From positions 59,540,508-59,604,507 of the forward strand of contig NC_068983.1 of the NCBI RefSeq assembly GCF_001194135.2: DNA of 64,000 nt, given 5' to 3'. Position numbers and translations under genes: made by a program. Origin of the DNA: Octopus bimaculoides. Taxonomy: Eukaryota. The notes beneath the pieces were generated by a model, which saw nothing but the letters and a program-made list of their open reading frames with translations, ran no database searches and was not told the DNA's origin. Positions within the stretch are counted from its first letter, which is position 1; every line of letters begins with the position of its first letter. Shown here piece after piece: positions 39,338 through 50,210 of this stretch.

Positions 39338-39883
39338 TGATGATGATAATAGTAATAATTGAACTGCATTGCAATTAGACAACTGCTTACAGAATGGTGC
39401 AGTTCCAGAGTGGATTGTAGAGGGAAAGACAACATTGTTGATGAAAGATCAGTCAAAGAGCAATGAGGTTGGCAATTACTGACCCACTGCTCTAAGCCTA
39501 CTATAATAAAATATCACCTACACTCCACTCCAGCCTGCCTAAGAACCAGTCCACTAGATTCCTAACTCACCTGGGTTGGTGACCTTAGATATCATATTAC
39601 ACATTTTCACAAGCTATGTTCTTAACCTCAACAGCCAACTTTGTTGGTCATTCTTCCATTTCATAGTTGGCCTTGACAGACTTCAGCCACATCTCTACTG
39701 TATTCTTGGGATATTCTTTTTTCATAAAATTATGGTTCATCCAATGATTACAGTTTTCTGTAATGGAGTAATGTTCTCATTCTATTAAAAAGTTATATAA
39801 GAAACGGCTGTAATGAGCTGAGAATTATCCATCGTATGTTATTATTCATTTGATTATATATATAATGTGTATGTGTGACTATT

Positions 39884-39927
<44 letters not shown>

Positions 39928-40257
39928 CACATACACATTAATATTTGTTCTTAAAAAGTTGTATCTTAAATGTTCCATTTTATGTGCAATGAAGACAATT
40001 TTAACGTTTTTGTGGCCTAAGTACTTTGTCAATTTTGAATTGCTGCCATCATTAATTTCCTCAGATTCCATTATTTTTTTGTCTACTTTTTTATGCTGGC
40101 TTAATCCTTTAGAGACAAAGACTACTGGTGATTCTATTCAAGAGAAACTTTCTAAATATCTATGATATACAAAATAAATACAATGGTATTACTTAAAACT
40201 CTGTCTATTCTGAATTACAACAGACAAAGAATAGTTTGTGTGTGTGTATGTGTGTGT

Positions 40258-40311
<54 letters not shown>

Positions 40312-41074
40312 CAGTAACAATGAATACAGAGATTGGTACATCTGCTTTTTTTTTTATCATTTCTCTAGTCAGTTACAGCATATTTGACTTAAATTTGTCC
40401 AATGCATGTTTCTGCTGCTTAGACATCTAGCAACTGCATTTGCATCCAGTTACTTTCAGCTAGTCATTACTTTACTCAACATCCGGCCACTGATGTGGAT
40501 ATTGTATCCCTATCTATTTACTATATATATNNNNNNNNNNNNNNNNNNNNNNNNNNNNNNNNNNNNNNNNNNNNNNNNNNNNNNNNNNNNNNNNNNNNNN
40601 NNNNNNNNNNNNNNNNNNNNNNTATATATATATATATATGATGAGATTATTGTGTAGAGTGCTAGTGTATAGTACTTAACTGCACTGCAACTCACTGGAA
40701 AAAGTTAAAGGATGATACAGAAAGCAGACATATTAGTCAAATAAAAGAAAGACACCAAAGAAAGCCAAAAGTACATTCACAGTACACAAAATAAAATGCA
40801 CAAAAAAAGACAGGAAAGTGAACAGTAAAAGAGCCATAAAGACGGATGGGTGCATTGGCACATCAGTAGTAGCATTGGCAAATAGCAGGAAGCATGGAAT
40901 TTTTGAAGACTACTTTGTTCTGAAAGCAAACCTGTCATTTATGTATATATGTATGTTTATGTCTGTGTGTATTTGTCTTCTTGTTTTGACATCACATGAT
41001 GGTTGTTAATGAGCAGCACTGTCATATGATCAATGTTGTTTGTTTCAATCTTCTATGAAAAATGTGTCCATGGG

Positions 41075-41360
41075 GAATGGTGCCACATAAAAAGCACCCA
41101 GTACACTCTGTAAAGTGGTCAATGTTAGGAAGGGCATCCAGCTGTAGAAGCCACGCCAAAAAGAGACAATGGGAACCAGTGTGGTTCCTGGTCTTGCCTG
41201 CTCCTGTCAAACCATCCAGCTCATGCCAGTATGGAAGTGGAATTAAATGAAGATGAAGATGGAAACAAGTGATGGTTGATGACGGGAAAGGTATCTGACC
41301 AGAGAAAAATCTGCCTTGATAAATTCTGTCTGAACCATGCAATCATGGAAAGAAAATTAT
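41075..41360 (+). mobile_element. RTE LINE 3' end followed by a SINE tail-B end
   Basis: GGTGCCACATAAAAAGCACCCAGTACACTCTG...CATGCCAGTATGGAAGTGGAATTAAATGAAG, then AAATCTGCC...CCATGCAATCATGGAAAG. Confidence 0.65.
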
Positions 41361-41575
41361 TTTGTCTCAGGTCAGAATTCTAAAATACTGCATATGTCTG
41401 GGAATGATTTCAATTTTTATACATCAATTACTCTATACCCTTGATATAAATCATGTATGTAGCAGCAATTGTATTAGTAGCAGAAGTTACTGTCATAACA
41501 ATGGTGTAAGTGAGAGCAGTACCAGCAGTGATGGTGGTGCTGGTAGTGGGGTGGTGGTGATAGTAGTAGTAGTAG

Positions 41576-41616
<41 letters not shown>

Positions 41617-42429
41617 TTGGTGGTAGTACTAGCAATAAGAATGTTATTAACAATAACGAAAGCAGAATTTTGAAAAAATTCTTGTATATGTGCCAGGTAA
41701 ACAGTGGTTTTGTATGCTGATTTTGATCATCAGAGTTAAAGTCTCCAGAAAGACAAATCACAACTAGACAATAATAGGCAATTTGCCAAGACAGTAACAC
41801 ATTTAAGGAACTTGATGAATTCAATTTCCTTGTATTCTAAACTACAGGAATAGATTTACACTAAATAGATCGGTTAGAATTTACTTAAGCAGTTGTTTCA
41901 GCTTAACAAAGAAGATACTCTCCTATTGGACCTACAGACCTGTGTTTATACAATTTGATAATTTACTCGTTATAAATTCTTTGTATGCTTTGCAGGTATT
42001 GTTCCAATATGCCGATTAAAACTTATGAATGTTCTCATTTAAGCAGAGTGCAGGCTATCTACTGACTTCTCATCAAATTCTAATAAAAATTGGTTGATTC
42101 ATTTATACCAGACTAAGACTTGAGTTGAAATTTATTGGATGCAAAGCTAATCTCTATAGGTTAATTCATTGAAATGAAAACAGATCACAAGTTCATACAC
42201 ATCAGCTGAATGGATCATTCAGTCTTTGAGCAAATTAAATTGTACCATTGGGCAGTCTTGTATTACTGTAATTCCAGTGCAGTATTATTGTCTCTGTTTA
42301 TTTTAAAGTCTGTTGGAAGTTAAAGACTTCAAATAAAAATAAATTTCACTAAAAAGAATAAAATTTATTTTTATTATTTTAGTATTTTACTGTCAAACAA
42401 AAAATTGAAAAGGTGGAAAAAATGATGTC

Positions 42430-42860
42430 ATCATCATCTTCGTCATCGTCATCATCATTTAATGTCTATCTTCCATACTGGCATGGGTTGGGCAATTTGA
42501 CAGGATCCACCGAAGGGAGATGGAGCTCCAATGCCTACTTTGCATGGTTTCAATAGCTGGATGTCCTTCCTAACACCAACCACTTTACAGAGTGGACTGA
42601 GTGCATTTTTCATGACACCAGCACTAATGAAGTCGCATAGTCACTTGCAAGATGCAAACCCTTGATTGGATGGGGTTATAGTAGAAAGGGAGGCATCTGT
42701 ATATTAGGTGTTAAGGGGTTAAATTATGGTAGAGGGACATGAATAGTTACCTTGCCATAGAGGAGATACATGGCTACCCCACATAATATTAAGGTGGCTG
42801 GGGGGAGCTCAATAGAGAGATAAAGACAGTGGTGATAAGATGTCATAGTGTACTATAAAG
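42430..42860 (-). mobile_element. LINE 3' end with adjoining purine-rich body (related piece at 51590-51900)
   Basis: (CAT)n tail plus RTE-type terminus; AGAGGAGATACATGGCTA motif shared with ~51790. Confidence 0.6.
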
Positions 42861-43139
42861 GTACAAGATGATGGATAGAAGAGAGAATGAGAACTTTTCG
42901 ATGAATTTCAAGTTAATATATTATACACTATAGTATGAAGTAGAAAGGGAAACAAAAATATTAGTATGATAGCTTACATTTGTAGTCTGATGTTGTTAAC
43001 ACTGCTAACATGCATTAATTTGGGGGTTAAAATACACACACACGCACACATATATGTCCAACCCATGCCAACATGGAATATAGATGTTAAATGATGATGA
43101 TGATGATGAATGCATGTGGGTATATATAAATATATAATA

Positions 43140-43325
43140 GTGGCACGTAAAAGCACCCATTACACTCTCAGCATGGTTGGCATTAAGAAGGGCATCAAGC
43201 CATAGAAAATTATGCCAAATCAGATTGGAGTCTGGTGCAGCCTTCTAACTTACCAGCCCTGGTCAAACTGTCCAACCCATACCAGCATGGACAACGGACA
43301 TTAAATGATGATGATGATGATGATA
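43140..43325 (+). mobile_element. RTE LINE 3' end fragment
   Basis: Closely matches 14785-14960; (GAT)n tail. Confidence 0.75.
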
Positions 43326-43829
43326 TATGTAAATATATATATGGCAGTGCCCCAGCATGGCCACAGCTCATGAGCTGAAACTAGATAAAATGAAAAAATA
43401 AAAAATATGCATATGTACAAACACACTTACATATATAAACACGTGTATCTCCGTGTGCTTATGTATGCAAGTGCACTTCAAAATAGTACAAGAACTATAT
43501 TTATATATTCCTATTTAAATAACAGCAAAAGTAGATCTCAAAATATGTTTAATCTTTTGGTTTTATTTTCAAGAAATTTAAATGAAATTGAAAATTTTGC
43601 AAAATGAGATTATCTTTGGTAGCAAACATATGACATCTTATAAAATTGCTAGTTTTAGTTATGTCCTTAGTATTACACTTACATTTTTTTTAACTGCTCA
43701 TTGCTGATGTTTTTATAAGGAAATAAAGAAAAATGATTAAAAATAGTTTGAACAAGTAATAATTTATTTACTATATCATTATCAGTATATATATAAAAAA
43801 ACATAGATTAGAAAACAAACATCAATTCT

Positions 43830-44310
43830 AGTCAATGACTTTATATAACAGCACACTTCCATACATTTGATCGAATATAAATATTACCATGGCCTCCAAC
43901 ATATAAACAATAAATATAAAAGGTAAAAAATATATATGCAAATAAAAATACAAATATATCGAACGGCCTATCAAGAAGGCATATACAGTCGACTAAAAAT
44001 TCTAAAGCGTGTCATGCGACTAAAAATTTTAATAAAATAAAATATCAGTTGATTAACAAAATTTTCTTACTCCCCTCAAGTAAAAATATATCATAAAAGT
44101 CCATTTCATGAAAACCAAAGTAGGTTGAAGTCCAGGAGTGTAAGAGAGTTCCACAAAATCAAATCAAACACATCGATGGCCATTTTGGGAGTTCACTGCC
44201 GCAGTTCAATTATGAGTTAAGGTGCATCTTGGCAACAACCCCCTCATCAGGATGAACAGGAGTCTCAACAAATTGTTCATTCGCGGGAGTTACAAAACAG
44301 TTGCATACTT
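43830..44310 (-). mobile_element. Possible LTR-retrotransposon 3' fragment (ORF end, PPT, LTR-like stretch)
   Basis: CpG-rich against background; minus frame CFVTPANEQFVETPVHPDEGVVAKMHLNS*; PPT-like CTTGAGGGGAG at 44080-44070; LTR start is not a canonical TG. Confidence 0.3.
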
Positions 44311-44325
44311 AATTTAAAGATAATA

Positions 44326-44373
<48 letters not shown>

Positions 44374-44403
44374 CGCTCTTTCTCTCTCTCTCTCTCTCTA
44401 TCT

Positions 44404-44459
<56 letters not shown>

Positions 44460-44881
44460 TTGTGTGTATTGTTTTACTGGTTTCAGTTATTAGATTATGG
44501 CCTTGCTGGGGCAGCACCTTGAAGGTCAAAATGTTTAATGTGATATATAGATATATCGAAACTGAGAGTGTGAGGGTTAGAGAGAGAAGAGAGGGATGTG
44601 GATAGAACAGTGAGCAAATTATCATTTTAAATCTACCACAGCCCATGTATAGCAGACCCTTAAATCTGCTATATTGGGAATATTTCCTTTATTTCCTTTA
44701 GGCATTTCAGCCATGTGGCTGCAGTTATTCTTGAGTATCACCATGAAAAGTAAATCTTCTTTATTTGATATAGCCAGGATTTTGATTGAGCGATTCTTAA
44801 TTATTAAAATGGATCCACCATTAGTTGCCTAATTATCTAAAAACAAAATTAAGGCAATTGTTATATACATGCGGCTATGGT

Positions 44882-45005
44882 GAGATTCTTGTGAACTAAT
44901 ATATGTAGGATATTTTTACAGATTTATCATGAGAATTTTGTGAACCTCTATATATGAAATCTTTGCATAGAACTATAAGGAGATTCTTGTGAATCTATAT
45001 ATGCG
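44882..45005. repeat. Degenerate 49-bp tandem repeat (~2.5 copies)
   Basis: Units starting GAGA(T/A)T(C/T)TTGTGAA at 44882, 44931 and 44980. Confidence 0.8.
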
Positions 45006-45664
45006 AGATCTGTGATTAAAGTTGTTTCACTCCTGGCATTTCATCTCTTATTTATCAAGCTTATTGTATCTAGGGCTATGTTATTCCATAGCACCATTTT
45101 TCTTCTTTTTGTGAAGATGCTAAGGGCAATTTTTGAAGATTTGGTTAAGCAACAACATAGTAGCTTCCTGGCTGGTTTCTGAAAATGTATCATGTTGGTG
45201 TTCATGTGTAGTGATTACTTTATTAGCTGTACTGACATTTATTTTGTTGAGAGGTACACTCTAAAGTGTCTTTGATGGGAGCAGTACTAGGTATAGTGTG
45301 ATTTTGTTGTGATAAAGCTCTTATGTTATAAATCTGAATGTTGTTAATTCTGAATTCACTGCTTTCAATCATTACAACTTTATCATCAGTTTCCTAATTA
45401 TTATTTTTCAACTCTAGGAATCTGTTTGCATAGCAATATTTTATACATTACAGGTTAAGTAGTGAATATTCCTTTTGATATCAACCTGCCTGATTCTGCT
45501 TTTAGATTTGTTATATAAATTCATTGGCTTAAAGTAGTCCAGAATCAAAATCTGTATCAAAATTTCATGTTGATTTATATTACAAACATGAACTTAATAA
45601 AATCAAAGTTATTTCAAACATTTTTCAGATTTGATGTAAAGGCAACTTATTTGAACAGAAATAT

Positions 45665-45995
45665 CGTTTATCTTTCACTTGTTTCAGTCACTAGATTGTG
45701 ACCATGCTGAGGTACTGCCTTGAAGAATTTTTAGTTGGATGAATTGACTACAGAGCTTATTTTTTCTATTGGTCTCTTTTGCTGAACCACTAAGTTACAG
45801 GGATGTAAACACACCAACACCAGTTGTCAAGTAGTGGTGGGACATACACACACATGATGGACTTTTTTCAGTTTCCATCTACCAAATCCACTCATAAAGC
45901 TTTTGTCAGTCTGAGGCTAAAGTACAAGATACTTGCCAAGGTGCCATGCAGTGGGACTGAACCCAGAACTATGTGGTTGTGAAGCAAGCTTCTTA
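45665..45995 (-). mobile_element. SINE family A (tail A)
   Basis: TTTCAGTCACTAGATTGTGACCATGC...CAGTGGGACTGAACCCAGAAC...TTACCACACAG. Confidence 0.85.
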
Positions 45996-46594
45996 CCACA
46001 CAGTCACGCCTGTGCCTTCATTATTTTCAAAATTAATTGAAGTAAAGACAATGTATTTCAATAGAGTTATGTTAACAAAAGGGTTAAATATTACTCTGAT
46101 TGCAAAACAGGATGAAAAAAACAAACTACTGATTATGAAAATCATTGTCAAACTAATCAAATGGGGTGACTACTTGATATGTGCTGCAAGGAAAAAAAGT
46201 AGTGTTGTGTGTAGGTGAAGGGATATACCCATGGTAGATGAATAACTTGGGAGTCATTGTATGAAGCAAAGCAATTAAAGTGAAGAGAAAATCTGATCTC
46301 TCATTTGAGATTAAAATCCATGAGAGAGATTTATTGCAGATTTATCCATTGCATGCTAGAATGGAAAATGGCTATTAAAAGAAAGAGTATTATATATCAA
46401 TTGATTATATGGAAACAAATTGTTATACTAATTAGATTACTGCTTTGGTGACATAACTAGTATTTAATTGATAATTAATACTGTAGCTTTCATTTAAATT
46501 GGTATCAGCTTACATAGAGGATATATTTTTTATGAGGAGACGTAGACTAATTTCCTTTGAATACAAATAATAGTATCTATCAACAGAAATCTTT

Positions 46595-46965
46595 ATCATC
46601 ATCATCAGCAGCAGCATTTTAACATCTATTTTCCAAACTTCCATGGGTCAGACACAGTTCATGGAAGCAAATTTTCTACAGCTAGATGTCCATTTTGTTG
46701 CCAACCCTCACCTGTTTCAAAGTATGTTAATATTTCCCCATGGTCACTATGTGGCACTCATTTACAACTACTGGGCAATGTGAAGACAAGGAGACACAAA
46801 CGCACATATGCATACAATGAGCTTCTTTCAGTTTCTTTCTATCAAATATACTCACAAGGCTTTGGCTAACCTGGGGCTATAGCAGAAGGCACTTGCCCAA
46901 GACATTATACATTGAGACTGAACTTGAAATCATGTGATTGGAAAGTGAATTTCTTAACACAGCCA
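46595..46965 (-). mobile_element. SINE family A (tail B)
   Basis: Same structure as 32355-32770. Confidence 0.75.
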
Positions 46966-47975
46966 AATTATAATTTAGATATATGCTTATATCAACTTCA
47001 ATTAGTTATAAACTATTGAGATCTCTAATTGTAAAGGTTTTCATCTATGTTATTATAGGAGATATATTTATAAATCTAAAATAACAGTGTTAATTTTTTT
47101 TTTTTTTAAATTTCAATTTAATGAGTGCTTGAATAATATATTATTAAAAGAATTTATATAAAGATCATTTCTGAAAATTTTTGCAGGAAAGAAGAATGGA
47201 AATTTCAGATTAATTATATTTTGGTTAAATGTGCTGTGCTTTCTTCGTCTGAGAACAAAGAGAGTCTGCTAGTGCAATATGCAAAACTGAATGGCAAATT
47301 TATGTTCAATACTCATTATCATTATCATTAATGATTTTCACATTTATTTTTCCCCATTATGGTCATGTAATTCTTCATTATAAATTCTTTTCATGTTACT
47401 TTTTCTTTCTTTCATTCTTTCTTGTCTTAATTTTAAATGCTTTATTTCTGATATAATTTGACTTACCTCTACAAATCATACAAATATGGAAAGACAAACA
47501 AACATAAAAGATAAAATGACTTCAAGAGATGAAAGTATAACCAAATGAAAAAAAAAAGGTAGTTTTCAATGTACAAATCAGATAACAGGAGTATAAAGAA
47601 TTGTATCTTTTGATAAATCAGTGTAAATGACTTGCTCAAATACATTAACTAATATTTGGAGCTTTTAGTATGTGCCAGCTGCTGTGTAAATGTATATTTA
47701 AAATACTGAGGTAATCTTGTCATAAAGAATATATAGGGCCATATGGTTGCTGCATAGCTCCAGGTTTTCTTGAATTAAGTGGAGACTTGCAAACATTTCT
47801 GCAGATGTTCTTATATTTACTTCTAATACTAGTGGACTGAAATAGATACGATACTGTATACACACACACACACACAAATCGCTCAGTGGTTAGAGTTTCT
47901 GGCTCACAATCATGAGATTATGAGTTCAATTCATAGAACTTGTGCTGTGTTCTTGGGCAAGACACTTTATTTCAT

Positions 47976-48389
47976 AGTTCTATATTTAAGAGATGAGGAA
48001 CTATGTACATTATTTACATTTGACGGATATTTTTCTTCATCTTGTTTGTTGTTAACACAATGTTTTGGCTGATATACCCTCCAGCCTTCATCAAGTGTCT
48101 TGGGGAAATTTCGAACCTGGATTCTCATTCCTAAGGTATTTTTCGATGTTATTACTACTATTATTATTGTTCAGGTCACTGCCTGGAATCGAACTGCCTG
48201 GAATCTTCAGGTTAGTAGCCCGCACTTTTAATCACTATGCCATACATACGCCTTAGGAACGAGAACCCAGGTTTGAAATTTCCCCAAGACACCTGATGAA
48301 GACTGGAGGGTATATCAGCCGAAATGTTGTGTTAACAACAAACAAGATGAGGTCCAATATCCGTCAAATATGAATAATGTAAATAATGT
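47976..48389 (-). mobile_element. tRNA-headed retroelement with ~135-bp inverted arms carrying Penelope-type hammerhead motifs
   Basis: 12-bp TSD ACTTTATTTCAT 47964-47975 / 48390-48401; arms 48004-48136 and 48251-48391; spacer holds A box (TGGCATAGTGA) and B box (AGTTCGATTCC) on the minus strand. Confidence 0.85.
48288..48333 (+). ncRNA. Minimal type-I hammerhead ribozyme motif (second, more decayed copy on minus strand at 48054-48099)
   Basis: GACAC (stem I) CTGATGA A GACTG..loop..CAGCC (stem II) GAAA TGTT GTGTT (stem I'). Differences between the arms (TGTT vs CATT, GAAA vs AAAA) reconstruct the ancestral CAGCCGAAACGTT by CpG decay. Confidence 0.7.
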
Positions 48390-48859
48390 ACTTTATTTCA
48401 TGTTGTTCCAGTTCACTCAGCTGTAGGAATGAGTTGTAACATCACTGATGCCAAGCTGTATCAGCCTTTACCTTTCCCATGGCTAACATTAGTGGCATGG
48501 AGAGGGGATGCTGGTATGCATGGGTGACTGTTGGTCTTCTATAAACAACCTTGCCCAGAAGCATAAGCCTCAGAAGGTAACTTTCTAGATGCAATCCTAT
48601 AGTCATTCATGACTGATGGGTTTTTCTTTACCCTTTAATATATGAAGGAGTGCTGAAACTTTCTTGGCTTTTGGGTAAAAGAAAATACAGGAGGATCAGT
48701 TATGATGTTATTCAATATAATTCCCTCTGACTCACACACTTATTGCAGTGGTCCTTCAATTTTTCTAAGCCCTTTAAAAGAACTCAGAAGGTTTGGGCTC
48801 CAGCTAGGCCTTTTACAATACCCTTAAAGCCAGGAACTTTTCACCACCCCTCATATTTG

Positions 48860-48980
48860 TATGAGCTGACAAAAGTCTTGTGAGTGGATTTGGTTGACAG
48901 AAACTGAAAGAACCCTGTCATATATATATGTGTGTATGTTTGTGTGTGTTAGTGTGTGTGTGTGTGTGTGTGTGTTAGCG

Positions 48981-49036
<56 letters not shown>

Positions 49037-49280
49037 TGTTGTGCTTTCTAGTCTTGACATCATGTATTAGTTGTAAATGAGTGCCACTGTCATAAGGATT
49101 GTCCTTCATTTCCAGTCTTCCATGAAAGCCTGTCTGGCCATGGGGAAATATTACCTTACTTGGAAACAAGAGAAGGATGATAACAGAGAGGGTGTCTAGC
49201 CATAAAAAACACTGTTTCAATGTATTCTGTCCGACCCATGCAAGCATGGAAAAGTGGGCATTAAATTGATGATGATAATA
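48860..49280 (+). mobile_element. SINE family A (tail B), head truncated, long internal (TG)n
   Basis: GTGAGTGGATTTGGTTGACAGAAACTGAAAG...GACCCATGCAAGCATGGAAAAGTGGGCATTAAATTGATGATG. Confidence 0.85.
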
Positions 49281-49917
49281 TATATACACAGTTACACACT
49301 TCCCCACTTGTAACCTTGAAAGTTTTAAACTGCTGTAAACATGTGAACATTCTTATCTATGCTAATAAACAGGCTTCTTCAAATTTATTATTTTTGTTGT
49401 ATTAAAGCTCTTAACAACTCTAATAAAAAGTCATTGGCATAAGGAAATCCATACAAAACTTACATCCCTATGTTCAGTATTTAGACTGATAAATCACTGC
49501 ATTAAAAACACTAAAAAACAAAATGTGCTTGCTTTCCTGCATACTTATGTAGAAATTTATTTCTTTTCATAGTCAAACCTACTCATGTAGTAAATTGTAA
49601 AGCGCGCAATTACTATTTTCCAATGCATAGCTTACATAACTATAAATTATTCCTGTTTCAAATAACGCTACCTACTATAGATGAGAGTTATTGATCTTCG
49701 AAAACAGGAGCTATATAGGAAATAGTCTAGAATTTCAATTTTTGTATTTAATTTTGTATCACAGTTATGTAGCAATTTGAAGTATATAGCTTAACATTAA
49801 AATGATTTTTCTTGGAATATTGATAAAATACATTCCATTTATACATTTATACATGTACCATTGAATTGATGACAATGTTTTAGTTGCATATGTTTTTTAT
49901 ACCGCACACGTCTTCTG

Positions 49918-49952
<35 letters not shown>

Positions 49953-49990
49953 TATATATATATAAATGTTTTACTATTACTAGTCAACTA

Positions 49991-50210
49991 AAGGCACTGA
50001 GCTGGGAGAGTTGTTATCACACTGGAGAAAATGCTTAGTGACATTTCTTCCAGTTTTATAGTCTGAGTTCAAATTCTACTGAGGTTAACATTGTCTCTCA
50101 TCTTCTCGGGGTTGACAAAATAAGTACTGGTTAAGCACTGGTCGATGTAATTGACTAGCCTCCTCCCCAAAATTTCAGGCCTTACACCTATGGAAGAAAG
50201 GATTATCATT
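49991..50210 (+). mobile_element. SINE family C
   Basis: AAGGCACTGAGCTGG...CTGAGTTCAAATTC...GGGGTTGACAAAATAAGTACTGG; TSD-like (A/C)TAGTCAA flanks. Confidence 0.8.

Larger units (their letters stand above)
47878..48630 (+). mobile_element. Family B head/CORE-like SINE (host) with a third tail type, split by the hammerhead element
   Basis: GCTCAGTGGTTAGAG...TGTGTTCTTGGGCAAGACACTTTATTTCA continues at 48390 as CTTTATTTCATGTTGTTCCAGTTCACTCAGCTG. Confidence 0.8.

Noticed and set aside
44200-44270. Third hammerhead (CTGATGAG on the minus strand)
   Set aside because: No GAAA after the putative stem II and no helix III/cleavage triplet.
48184-48245. Functional tRNA-Ser gene
   Set aside because: No complete cloverleaf or acceptor stem, and it has an internal GATTCCAGGCAG duplication; it is a SINE head. 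The same applies to the tRNA-Arg-like head at ~38310-38385.
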